Origin: Utricularia gibba
Taxonomy: Eukaryota; Plantae; Magnoliophyta
DNA: 64,000 nt
Reading direction: 5' to 3'
Assembly (NCBI GenBank): GCA_002189035.1
Contig: NEEC01000002.1
Span: forward strand, 1,116,001 to 1,180,000
The notes under the pieces: model-generated
What the model saw: the letters and a program-made list of their open reading frames with translations, nothing else
What the model was told of the DNA's origin: nothing
Database searches by the model: none
Shown here: piece after piece, positions 50,174 through 62,492 of the stretch
Layout of the letters: each line of letters opens with the position of its first letter
Numbering within the stretch: the first letter of the stretch is position 1
Position numbers and translations under genes: made by a program

Positions 50174-50533
50174 CGTCGGAGTGGACGAGGGTTCAAGCTA
50201 GGGTTTTAGTGACCCCGTGACGTATATATACCATACTATAATTCATACCATTTTCAAAATGTTGGAAAAAAAATATTAATTTAAAATCCGGTTTTAAAAG
50301 CATTGTTCCCGTTTCGTTTCCCTTTTCCATCCAACAACTCGCTCCACGACGCACAGAAAACCAGATGCTCGGTGCATGAGGGCGATGTAGTTTCATAAGA
50401 ATCACTTGGAAAAGTGATACCTCTCCCACCAAAGCGAAAAGGGTTGCCATTATTCAACATAAGCATCATCAGACAACTCTCTGGGGAGCTCGATGGAGAT
50501 GGATGAGCCTCCATTTTCATCTTTCTGCTGCTG

Positions 50534-50902
50534 CTGCTTCTGTTAAATTACAGCAGTTTCTAGCTGAGATTCAGCAGCTGCTGCCGGCTATTCTTCCCCC
50601 TTTTAGTACTGTGTCTTCATTCCCTTGGATTGTTGCAACTGATCAAAGTTGGTTCACAGTAAAGTTACTCTTTCAAACCAAGAGGCTAGAGAGAGTTGAT
50701 AATGGGATTGTTGCAACTGCTTCTGTTAGATTACAGCAGTTGCTAGCTGAGATTCAGCAGATGCTGCTGGCTGTTCTTCCCCCTTTTAGTACCGTGTCTT
50801 CATTCCCTTGGATTGTTGCAACTGATCAAAGTTGGTTCACAGTTAAGTTACTCTTCAAACCAGCATGTGTGAGGAGGCTAGAGAGACAGCTGATAATGGG
50901 AT
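50534..50902. repeat. Tandem duplication with ~183 bp period between the PP1 3' end and the MAM33 promoter
   Basis: ctgcttctgtta(a/g)attacagcagtt...cccttggattgttgcaactgatcaaagttggttcacag...gataatgggat starts at 50534 and 50717. Confidence 0.95.
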
Positions 50903-51099
50903 CCATTCCATTGTAAACAGCCAAGAAACTAGTTTTCATGCGCATGATTCGTTCCTGACATTCACTATCTACATCAAACGCGGTGCGTCTGTTGATCTTA
51001 GCACGGCACGGTGCTGAATGCATGAATGTAAAGCAAAAGCCGAGAGAATGGTTTTATAGAATGGAGGATATCACAGAGAGGTTAGCCAACCTTCTTGAA

Positions 51100-52850
51100 T
51101 CACATTTTAGTGGACATCAAGACCTTGCCTTTCCGCTCTGCGGGCTTCAGGATTTGAAATGAACACATCAAGTTTTCATCTACACTCATCATTGCTCCAG
51201 CATTATCGAATTCACCACAGTAGTTCGGGGCTGAAAAAATCGTCACAAGCTGCCGATCCGCGAAGAATTCATACCCATCTTCCACAACCTGAGAAGCAAG
51301 CTCAGAAGCATGCACAAAATGGAACATAACAGAAGTTTTAAAAGAAAAGTGGAAGCAGATGTAACCTGATGTGCCCGACAAATGAGATCCAAGTCATGCT
51401 TTGTCAGGAACTCTGAAACCTTATCAGCACCAAAAGTGAAGGAAACTCCCCTGTCATTCATGCCCCATCCTCTAACATCCTTACCAGGATCAGACCAGAG
51501 TAAATCGCAAAGCAAGCCGGTGTCGGGGATCACGGTTGGGCGGGGCAAGTTTCTGATCTGATCTAGGTGGTTCAGTTCTGGAGAAAGGCCACCGTGCATG
51601 CATAGTATCTTGTCATCAACAAGTGCAGCAACAGGGAGGCAATTGAAGCAGTCAGTGAAGGATTTCCATAGTTTCACATTGAAACGACGCTTGCATTCAT
51701 CATAGAAGCCATATATCCTATTTATGGAAGCGCATTCATGGTTGCCCCTGAGAAGGAAAAAGTTCTCTGGATACTTGATTTTGTATGCAAGTAGAAGGCA
51801 TATTGTCTCCAAACTCTGTTTCCCACGATCTACATAATCTCCTAGAAATAGGTAATTCGACTTTGGAGGGAATCCCCCATACTCAAAAAGGCGTAGAAGA
51901 TCGCTGTATTGCCCATGAATGTCACCTGCAACAATATCCAACAGTGCAAGTCTGTATCCATATACCATGGGAGAAAGTAAGAAAACACAGAGCAAAATAA
52001 AGGATCAGTGATACTTTCTGTATTATCAGGACAAGGAGGAAATGGATAAAGGGATCCCCATTCACTTTTGTAAACCATTCTGGGATACCTCTATGAACTT
52101 AAGAAGCAACTAAAGATTTCAAATACCATAAAAAGTGCATATCGAGTAACCATCTGATGCAACTTTGGGAAATTAGTGAGGAGATCAAGATTTCAAATAC
52201 CACGCAAAGTGTCTACTCAAGAAAGTCATGAAATCACGGAGTTCTGTTTCATGGGAGAACCTCATGAGCATTCAACTTCAAAACAGAGAGAACTTTCATG
52301 ATCACATTGTTATTTCTGATTTCCAGATTCACTTCACTGCACATCAATATTGTAACATGGGTTTTCCGAGATACTTATGAACTGATGTACTTTGACAAAA
52401 CCATGAAAAATTCTGCATAATCAGGCTATGGAAACTGAGGACGGAGACGCGCATCCGCCCTAAACAAGTGAAATGGAAACAAGCAAGCACGGAAGGAAAC
52501 AAAACACAAGCTGAAGAATCCCTGGTAAACCCCGAAAATACGAATAAAAAAGGAGAAAGCATCTTTCGGCAACAAACCCATAAATGGATAAGCCTTCAAT
52601 ATTCACCCGAGAAAAAAGAAGGAAATTTTGCGCACACAGAAAAATCCACAAATCGGAAGAACAAAATCATACCACAAATCTTGATGGGCGCTTGGAGTTC
52701 GAGAAGATTTGGCTGACTCGCAAAAATTTCACGCGACGCAACACACAGCTGCTTTATTTCAGATTCAGCAAGCGGTACCAATTTCCCCGGCTTAAAGGAT
52801 CGAACTTCCACCAGTTTTTCAATAATCCTATCCAACAACGCAGGGTCCAT
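51100..52850 (-). CDS. Serine/threonine protein phosphatase PP1 catalytic subunit (TOPP family), 308 aa
   Basis: Exons 52850-52673, 51925-51366, 51288-51100. Motifs GDIHGQ, GDYVDRG, LRGNHE, CMHGG and SAPNYC. Confidence 0.97.
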
Positions 52851-53982
52851 AACTTCCCCAGCGCCCCCAAAATCCTCCCCCTTTTCTCTTCACCCCCTGA
52901 AACAACAAAATTGTGCAAGGAAAGAAATTTTTGTTTGTGAGTGGGGTGGGGTCTTCAAGTCTGAATTTTCCTTGGGAAGAATACTTCCCCACTTCTCTTT
53001 AATCGAATTTCCGGGGATCTGCTTATTTCGCCTTTTTTATATAATATTCACCAGGAAAATCACTGTCTCTGGACTAGTGGCAGAAGCAGTGCTCCCAACA
53101 CCATTGACCTTAGGCGTAGATTAAGCTTCCACAGATGGGTATAATTGCCGGTTCTACTTCGACATCGCTAGGCGGAGCCATTTGCTGTCAGTAGCATCAG
53201 CTTCGTATCATTGCCTTTGTATTCAACTTGGTCCACCACTCATCCTTATCAATTATCCGTTACAGGTTTCCGTATCCCGCCCGCCACCTGCAAACATTTA
53301 AAGTAAGGCAATGAAGAGAACCAGCAAGGACACTCCATTTAATGAAAAGATTCATATGTCCTAATCGCTTAGGTTTATTTCTTGATAAACTATTCTGACA
53401 ACTGTTTGGTAGTAAGCAGATTAGCTTTCTACATTTTTTTTTTTCGCACAGCTTTAGCTTTCTACATGGGGGAGGGGAAATGTATCACTTTCTAGTTTCT
53501 AGCGTTTCTAAACTCTGCAACGCTACCCAACATCGTGATGGCATGGTGTTCGCCAAAGCGACAAGAGAACGGTTAACCTTATGGCAAGTTTTGAACTTTC
53601 AGCAATTCTATTCTGAATACCTTGTAGATTGGTGTGGTGGTGATTTTCATTAGTATTCATTGCCATGACGTGTGAAAACATGAACTAGAAAATTTCCAAG
53701 ATCGCTTGACGACCACCTTGATAGCATTGAAAATTTCCAAGATTGCAGATGAAAGTTTTTTTTTTTTTGAAGGCAGAGATCGAAGACCAGACTTCTGGAT
53801 GCCTAAAATTCAATGGGCCATGAATTATCAATTTTGGCCGGCTCAAGCTAAAAAGGTCCCGACTTGTAGATGTTTCACAGTAATGGAGTAGACTTGAGAA
53901 TCTTGAGCGTTGTGAAATTTAAAACGAGTGCCATTTGTATTCCAATACCCCACATGGGAGTTGCCAAGTCGCTTTAAACCTC

Positions 53983-54003
53983 TTTTTTTTTTTTTTTTTT
54001 TTT
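53983..54003. repeat. Poly-T tract (~21 nt)
   Basis: Read directly. Confidence 0.85.
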
Positions 54004-55260
54004 GAATGAGGCATCTTTTGCCTTTCATTTCATAATCTCCATGAATTCGCTCGTTGAAGATCACACTTCACAGCAATACATAATATCTCCATCGGAACCC
54101 CACAAGGGGAATTGGAACTTTCCTTCCATATGTATGCCATGGATTGAGCTGTCTTGTGTGGAACTAAGAGTTACGTCCCGATTCGAGTTTTCGGTGGCTG
54201 TTGAAACCTAAGATTGTCTTTCTTGCTACTTCTTTCCTTATCTTCTTACTTTCCACCTCAATCTTTGTCACTAGATTCCTTTCCATTCAATTTCTTTATT
54301 TCTTTCCCCAAGCTAAGAATCTCAAGTTCTTGCTTTGTCTTGGAAATATAGCTTTATCACCGACATTATTCCCCCTTTTTTACCTCCTTTCCTTTCATTT
54401 TCGTTTCTTGTAGTCCCTTTCACGGTTTCAGACTTCCCTTTCTCGCCTCGCAACCACGGCAATACGGCACCATTTGCCTGCATTTGTCGTATCAGCCTCG
54501 GCCTTATATCGTCTTCTTCAAACATCAGTCACTCGCAGGCCTGCATTCACGTTGTGCCTATCATCCTTTTTTTTTTCATTCGAAAGTTCGTGTTTTTGGA
54601 GGTTTGGAGGGTACCCATTTGATCATTTCAGTTGCATGTGCATTAGGCTGGCTAGAGATGTTCTCTTTTAGTACATTTTTCCCGGTACTCTTCCTAGTTC
54701 TTCCGTCAATGCAAAAGTATCCCCCTTTCCATTTGAAGGCCGTGCGGCCGATGGGCCACAGAACCCGTGTTACTTTCTTAATGTTTTGGTCATGCATAAG
54801 GTTGATTCTTTTTCAAGCTTGTAAATCCCCTTTTGTTTCAGTCGATACACTTATCTACACCTCATACAGTTAGTTGAATTCTTGCTTTGAGGTTTTGTTT
54901 GTCCGCATAAAGTTGGTTTTCACAAGTGGGGCTGGCAACGAGGAAACCCAAACGGGTAGCCGGCATCCTCTGTCCTCTGGCGATGAGAAGATGGTACAGA
55001 ATCCACCTATTAGATCCATGGCAATGCTCTATGTCCTCTCAAAGATTGATGGCCTGTTTTTCTTTTCTGATGCTTGTATTTAAAGCACTGTCGTTTGAGT
55101 TCTGGCCATGTGCAAGAAGAAAATATTTGGCTTTGTGGTTCAACAATCCCTAATCACTGAATGTATCAGTATGATAGTTCTCGAGTTGTTAGAGCCTCTT
55201 TCTAGCATTGAATCCAAATGAATGAAACAGAAACTGCATGATTTGGGCAGCTTCCCATCC

Positions 55261-57439
55261 TCAGCTGGTAATCTTAGCCTTGGCATCGTTGCTGAGGTAA
55301 CTTGTGAGGGCCTTCTTGACTCCGAAGCCATGGCGAGGAGCCTTGCTGCTGTTGTAACTTCTTGATGGGGTGCCCGAGCCAGGCACAGGATCAAACTTCT
55401 TGTTCACTTTGGTTACAGAGAACACAACCTCATCAGATTTCCGGCTTATGGTATCAACATACAAGACATCGTCAATGCGAGCCACGATGCTGAATGCCAA
55501 GCTCTCCAACACCCTGGAGTAGCTCTCGAGAATGGCCTTCCCCACATCCTGTAAATGAAACAAAAACAGATAGGAACCATGTGATGAAGTGGAATCTGCA
55601 GCAGAGGAATGTAGATGGATGGATATCTGCAACCTTGTTGCCTTGAATTCTGGAGATGTCCAAGTTAGTTTGTGAGAGGTTAGGGAATCTCTGTTTCAGG
55701 CAATGAAGCAGGATCTCTGCTCTCTCAGCTAGAGCTTTGCCTTTGAGTCCATTCATCATGAAGTCCTGAACAAGACCCCAAGATGAAGATGAGGATCTAT
55801 TTTGCTGCATCTCGGGTGCACTCTCCGGGTGCTGCTTTCTCCATAACACGTATGTAGCTGCCTCGAGGCGATTGGCTGTCTCAAGAGCAGCATGCTCGGA
55901 AGAGAGATCAATGCAATCAAGCAGGCATTCCGGGGAGAAGCTTTCAGATGTCAAGTATCGATATATAACTTCACCAAGGCATGCTCTCCCAGTCTGAGTT
56001 CATTCAATGAAAACAAGTTGTGCAAAGGTTAAATCTTTCCATTGCATACTTCTATATAAAAAACCAGATTCATTCGAAGTTCAAACCTTGGGAAGAGTTT
56101 CTAGGTAGGATGCAGGAACTTCCATTTCTGACAAAACTAAGCTGTTTATGGAAGCAGCTGCCTTAAGAATTTGGTTTGTGGATTCACGCTTATGAGACAA
56201 CTTCTTTCTGGTGGACTCAGAAAGGCCATCAGGAGGGACTCGAGGTAAAGGCAGCCACCACTTTCCTTTCTCTCGTGGAGTTGATTTCCCAGATCCATCT
56301 ATTTCTGGTGTAGCAGCAACAATCCCTTGATCAACATACCAAAATTCTGTGTCTGCAAACCCATCAAGTACTTCCTGTGCAAGACATTCCAGCTAGACAA
56401 TAAGCAAAAAGGTGGAAAAGAACAGAATGTGCAACTGTGTGATTCAGTTCCTACAAGTAGCATGTTGTCAAGTTTGCAGAGAGCTGGTAGATTAATGGCC
56501 AGATCCGATCTCGGGCGGCATGTCATCACCTACGAAATGGAAATCAATTCAAATGAGAATGAACCAGGATTTAAAAGCTTCAAATTTTGTGAAACTGAAA
56601 CAGACTTGCCTCAAGGTGACCACCATCAGGGAAAGTTTGCAATGAAGGGACAAACTCAACGATGAAATCACTAACGGAAAGAAGCCATCTCATCTCTCTC
56701 TGCCACATTGCCTTCTTTCCATAAGGTAGTGGTTCCAATCTCCACAATTGACCGAACACGGTAGCTACATAAAGGGGTTGCACAGGTTCATCAACATAAA
56801 ATAGAACACAAAGACAGCTAAGAAAATTCAAAAGCAGTTTCCACTAACATCACATGCTTCTAGCAGTGAAAAATAAGAGTTATTAAATGGAAGGGATGCA
56901 TGAATATAGTGAATCTTCTAACCGCATAGATTAGTTATGGCATTTGAAATTGTCAGTGCTGAGCAAACCCCTTTCCCACCTCCAGACATGTCTTCACCAA
57001 GCAGAAGCTTTGCAAATCGCTCTTTCATCATCTCCAACTCTGCGGGATTCACAGTTATCATCATTCACTCTAAAAGAAAGCAATTGTGGAACAAAAAGGA
57101 TATGAAACTCTGATTCCATCCAGTCTGGGGTTGAAACAAAGAAAAACAGTAGCTGAGAAGTTTAACAAAAATAGTAAAACATCGTAATGTACCTGAAGCC
57201 TTGTTATTCTGCTTTATCAAGGACTCATCCTCTGAGCTCAAACAAGGTTTGCCATTTGCAATTCCCACAGAAACACAATTTGCATCCTCCCCTGTAACCC
57301 AAACCGATGGAAAAAAACTAGAATCGTCAGAACTACTCATGCTCTTGCTACCCTGACCTGAATCCATCATAGAATCACCGCTAATCGACTCATGCCCATC
57401 TTTCTCAACGGTCTTCTCAGCAGGATTTTCACTTTCCAT
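55261..57439 (-). CDS. Rop guanine nucleotide exchange factor (PRONE domain)
   Basis: [97 protein letters not shown]. Exons join in frame. The exact paralog is not resolved. Confidence 0.95.
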
Positions 57440-58185
57440 TCAAACACACAAGCCCAAATACGGAAATGCTCACACTCGGGGCCGAATTCGAAAATGGGTT
57501 GACTCATACAACAAAATTCTACTGTAATGTCGAATCCCAATAAGCTCAAAAGGTGCATGCAAAAGAGAAAAAAAACCCAGAACGAGCTCCTTGTTAAGCG
57601 AGTTACTGGAATAGGGCTTATTCAATCAGGTTTGTGTTTGTCGCAGCAAGAATTTGATTTAAAGGTAGGTAGTTGCATTCATTCAGGCAGAAAAAGCAAC
57701 GTCTACTTCCTTGCTCGTGAACATTCAAATCATCCATGGCGGCCATACCCTGGAATGGAATTCGAAATACGCCAGGATCTTGCTGATAATTACAGTTCTA
57801 CCATTCCTGGTCCCGTTTACCGTTAGCACTGGAGGGGGGCAACTACCTTCCAAATTTGAATTTTTTTTTTCCATTTCAGATGCATTTTTTTATTAATAAA
57901 TTTTATATAATTTTAAAATATATTCAATGAATTAGCTACCTAATATAAACATCAAGTTACAATAATTTATAAGCTATAATTTTTTTAATATTTTTTAATC
58001 ATTAACATTCAACATGTATGATTTTGATCTCAAATTTTGATCTGTTTATATTTCATTTCAAGTTCAGTCTATTAAAATTATTATTATTTTAACAAAAAAT
58101 GTAAAATAAAAAATAAATTCTGGAAAAATATTAACGTATTTAAATTTTTTGTTATTATCCTTCAGACATAAATTGGCCACTGTAA

Positions 58186-58318
58186 TTTCTAGAATGTTCG
58201 GGTAATTTCACCATCCTCTTCTTTTCTATTTCCACCGAGCTCTAGATTTCGCGGTGCGGTGCGGTGCCTTTCTGGAGCCTTCAAGAAAACTCGCGTTTCC
58301 TCGAAACGCTCCTATATA
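58186..58318 (+). promoter_or_regulatory. Heat-shock promoter: HSEs plus TATA box
   Basis: tTTCtaGAAtgTTCg at 58186-58200 is a perfect 3-unit HSE. An imperfect array TTCtgGAGccTTCaaGAA lies at 58270-58287 and TATATA at 58313-58318, about 80 nt before the ATG. Confidence 0.88.
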
Positions 58319-58395
58319 TTTCTCTGCTACTCCAGATGATCATCATCGTCGATCAGTTTCAAACGGTTTAGCAAAGGATCAACTAGCGTCTCACC

Positions 58396-58857
58396 ATGTC
58401 TCTGATTCCAAGCTTCTTCGGTGGCCGCCGCAGCAACGTCTTCGATCCGTTCTCACTGGAAATCTGGGATCCATTCCAGGGTTTGGAAGCGATCGCGAAT
58501 GTTCCATCGGAGACAACCGCCATCGCCAACCCGCGGATTGACTGGAGGGAGACGGCGGATGCGCACGTCTTCAAGGTAGATGTTCCTGGTTTGAAGAAGG
58601 AGGAGGTTAAAGTGGAGGTGGAAGATGGGTCGATTCTGCAGATTAGTGGGGAGAGGAGCAAGGAGCAGGAGGAGAAGAACGATAGGTGGCATCGTGTGGA
58701 GAGGAGCAGCGGGAAATTCCTCCGCCGATTTAGGCTGCCGGAGAATGCGAAACTGGATCATGTGAAGGCGGGGATGGAGAACGGGGTGCTCACTGTTACC
58801 GTCCCCAAGGAGGAAGCCAAGAGGCCGGAGGTCAAAGCTATTGACATCTCCGGTTAG
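58396..58857 (+). CDS. HSP17: Cytosolic class I small heat shock protein (~17.4 kDa), intronless
   Basis: [21 protein letters not shown]..., [61 protein letters not shown]. Confidence 0.98.
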   Translation: MSLIPSFFGGRRSNVFDPFSLEIWDPFQGLEAIANVPSETTAIANPRIDWRETADAHVFKVDVPGLKKEEVKVEVEDGSILQISGERSKEQEEKNDRWHRVERSSGKFLRRFRLPENAKLDHVKAGMENGVLTVTVPKEEAKRPEVKAIDISG

Positions 58858-59120
58858 TAGATTTTGTTGCACGTAAGGTGTTTGTAAGCTTGTCTCTGAT
58901 GAATAAGAAGCCACTTCCTGTGGCTCCATGTTTGGTGTGCTCCTGTATCTAGCCTAGATGTGCATCTCTGTGTGTAAGGCTGTGGACTGTGTACGCTATA
59001 TGATACACGATCATGTAAATTTTTGACCCTTTTTTCAAGCAACAACACACAACCCAGAAACAGGGGAAAACCAGAGGTGATAGGAATCATTCCAAGGCTT
59101 CTTCTTTTTCTTGCTGTTGT

Positions 59121-60847
59121 TTAGCCTTCGAAGAAGGTTCCTCTCTCAATGGCGTCCTTATTGGCGTCACCAAGAGCGGCGTCTTTCAGGTAAGTCTCTG
59201 CCAACTGAACTCTTTTAACATTCTCCTGCTCCTGCACCAACATGTTTCCGTACTCCAGCAGCTTGGCAAGGGTCATCTTCGGCTGCTCGAATGTAGGAGG
59301 GCCTTCTCGTGAGTTAACTAGCTTCTTCCCAATGTTTTCCACCCCGACTCCGGTGACCCATTTCCGAACTTCGTCGTCATAAACTCTGGCCCTCAGAGCT
59401 CCGAAAAAATCTGCATCGATTTGCCGGAGAAGAAGAAAGATTAGATTTGGATGCATAGTGATATAAGATGTGTACTCCGGAAGTCATCACCGTACCGATG
59501 GATTGCCCGGGGAAGTTGTCGACGAGGGTGACGATGGCGGACTCAGCGACGTCGTCTTTCTTGAAGATGCCCTTGCAAACACCGATCCGATCCTCGCGAG
59601 TAGGAGCCCAGTAAAATTTCTCCATACGACCGTCACGGATGAGCGGGGCGTAGAGTGTGGAGAAGTCGTTTCCGGTGACGATGATGGGGACGCGAGGATT
59701 CTCCTCCTTGTTGTACATGCCTGGGAGCTGCACGTTGGTGGGGTTATCGGCGATGTTCATCAGAGTAGCGTTAACCATCTGGTTGTTCACAGTGTATTGT
59801 GTGGTGCCGCCAAGACGGCCAGCGCCGGCGTCGAGGTCGTTGATGAAGAGGCAACACATTTTGCCCTTTTTCTTTATGATATCCGCCGCCTCGCGGTACC
59901 TTTGCCGGATCAGCTTCGCTGGTTCTCCGGCGTTTCCACTCTCCAACTCTCCGGCGCTCATCATAATCGGCCTGAAAACCGAAGCATCAGACTTTTAACT
60001 CCACCGAGCAGAAAGCTCTCAGTAGTAGAACAACCCCAAATTGATTTGGCTTACGTGATTCCCATCTTAGCGAAAGCGAGCTCGCATTGGAACGATTTGC
60101 CCTGCCCTTTTCCTCCCCAGATTCCCAGAATCAATGGCACCTGCAACAAACAGTTCAAAATTTACCAAATCCCCATCACTGATGCGCTCAAAAAGTAACT
60201 GAACCAGACCCACCTTGATGTTGGGCAAGGTCATGAAGTTCTTGGCAATGTGAATGACGAGCTTGTCCAAGAACGCCGGCGCAATGTAATAATCTCCCAT
60301 CATGTTGTCAATATACCTGAAAACTCAACCATATTCAGATTCCCCATCTCTACCCCGAAATCGAAATCTGGATCAAAGTAAACGGATTCGGTTTCAGTTC
60401 ATTACACTCTGAGCCCCTGGCTGATGTAATCGTAGGAACTGAGAACAGCGTCGTGAGTGCCCATTCCATCAGGCGCCTGGAACAGCGTGTCCACCATTCC
60501 CTTACCTCTGGTAATATCCTGCTGATCATCGGAAATATCCTTAGCCAATCCCCCCACCTGTCCTTTTCCGTCTGAGTATCCTCGTCGATTTCCTTCGCAG
60601 CGACGATTCTGAAGCACCCAGAAGAAACTTTAGACGCATTCGAGGAGGAGCAAACTTTCTTCAACCCAACCCCAGTCAGAAACGACGAACTCGGAAGCGC
60701 CGCCGTTCCATTCAATCTTACCTGCAAAAATGCTCGAGATGTAAACCCCATAACGCGAAGAGAGTAAAAAGAAAGTGACGTATGCATGTAAGAAAAGTGT
60801 ACCGGCAAGCGGTTGACGGCGCCGAGGCTGGAGACGGCGGTGGCCAT
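59121..60847 (-). CDS. RCA: Rubisco activase, short (beta-type) form, one apparent frameshift
   Basis: Transit peptide [26 protein letters not shown], Walker [36 protein letters not shown]; ends GTFFEG*. Exon 60721-60406 is 1 nt short at the C6 run 60550-60555. Confidence 0.96.
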
Positions 60848-60957
60848 GACTTTCCCTTGAGCAAGCAATGAAACAAGGAAGCGAGATATATAACCAGGGG
60901 AAATCAATGAAGGATATCGTCGGGAGTAGTAACCACATAATCGGGGATCAGATCGGA

Positions 60958-60963
60958 CACGTG
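60958..60963. promoter_or_regulatory. G-box in the RCA promoter
   Basis: aCACGTGt lies about 110 nt upstream of the RCA ATG, with a TATA-like element near 60885-60891. Typical of light-regulated genes; function inferred. Confidence 0.5.
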
Positions 60964-62492
60964 TCGAAAAGCTATTGAACATCGAAATGGGTGCAGGAGA
61001 GTGAAGTGGAGGTTATCAGCTCTCCTCCCTTCTTCTCCACTAAAATTGCTAATTTCCGATTCAAATTAAAATGAATAAATTTGTGACTGCAGGATGCTAC
61101 CCGAGGAATGGACGGCTGTGATTTTTTCCAGCAAACCGGGACCCGTAACCGGAAGCGACGTGTATGGTCGGAAAAATTGCTATGGATAATGCATTTTAAA
61201 AGACGAAAATTTCCGGAAGCTTCCACAAGCACACAAAACAATGCATACCACAAATTTTCATTCCATGGATCAAAATGGATGGCTTTGGTTAGGCTTTTAG
61301 TTCCAAACTCCATCTCACACTTTCTAGTGACATAATTTAGGACCTGATGTGTAGGTGACGAGAATGGCAACGAATGAAATGTGATTGAGGAGTGAGTGGC
61401 GGAGCTTGAATGAGTTTTTGAGAGGAGTTGATTCCTTGTGTAGAAGAGTTTTGAAGTACTAAAATTTTAAAATTAATATTTAATTTTTTTTAAGGATGGG
61501 TTAGGATTCAATTTGGTCATGTTTATTAGAGTCAAATCGAAGAGTGTAACATATGATAGGGTAAATCTCAACGATGGGATTTAGTTTTCAAAAAAGGGTG
61601 GAAGGATGCGATTCAAAGAAGAGTATATAAATCTTAGTCGAATCTCACATCGTTATAAATGGAGTAGATTAAGAGTTTATGTAGAATTAGTTATTCTAAT
61701 TTTACATTAGATCTTTTTCTCGAAAAAAAAAATTGTGAGATTGGAATATTCAAAATAAACAATATTGTGTAAAAGTATGTGGATCGTTGCAATTTTAGTC
61801 TTGAGGGGAAGTCTTCATCGTTCATGCTCATGCACTCACTATCTTTTTGTTGTAGACATACTTATGGTTATGTAATGAAACTTGTATTTTTGTGATTAAT
61901 AAAATTATGTGAATCAATTGTGTTTTAAATTTGATCCATATACATGATCGTTACCATTCTTGAAATAAGATGTTTTAAAATTTGATTCTATTTTTAGAAA
62001 ATAAGATGTTTTAAAATTTTTATTCTTTTTTAAAGTAAATAGCATATATTTGGAAGATAACAATTATTCTTGAAATATGAATTTTTTTACAAAAATTGTC
62101 TATTTTATCAATCCACTTTTTTAAAAAAGTATTTAAATTAATGAACTTAATCAAATAAAAAAAGTTATAAAAATATTATTAAAGTGCATTTATGCAAGTA
62201 TTTTAAAAAGGAAGGTGCCGTGCAGCTCCGTACTCCGTAGACTAGTCCCTAGTAGCTCCATAGCCGTGTGAAGGGTTAAGTAGGCTACGGCCCCGGAACG
62301 ATAGCACAACGGTTTTTCAACGGCGGTGATACTCATTGGGTATTGCATGGACGCATGTATTTCTTCTGTCGCTCACGCCGGTGGACCGGAGATACTGAAA
62401 CCGCCGTGCCGGCGAGCTCATGGGCTTGACCAAAGAAACGAAGATGATGTAAATGAATCAAATCGTGTATTCATCCTACATACAAACTAATC

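Noticed and set aside
53000-55100. Possible small spliced gene or miRNA precursor between PP1 and RopGEF
   Set aside because: Splice-like signals exist, but no consistent ORF, long hairpin or conserved mature miRNA sequence was found.
55140-55300. Possible additional frameshift shortening the RopGEF C-terminus
   Set aside because: The alternative frames after AKITS* are not clearly RopGEF-like, and this tail is naturally variable.
8907-60847. Calling GT2, both ARFs, LBD, VHA-a1 and RCA pseudogenes
   Set aside because: Splice sites, catalytic motifs and small-RNA sites are intact, and all lesions are the same one-base deletion type, consistent with sequencing error.
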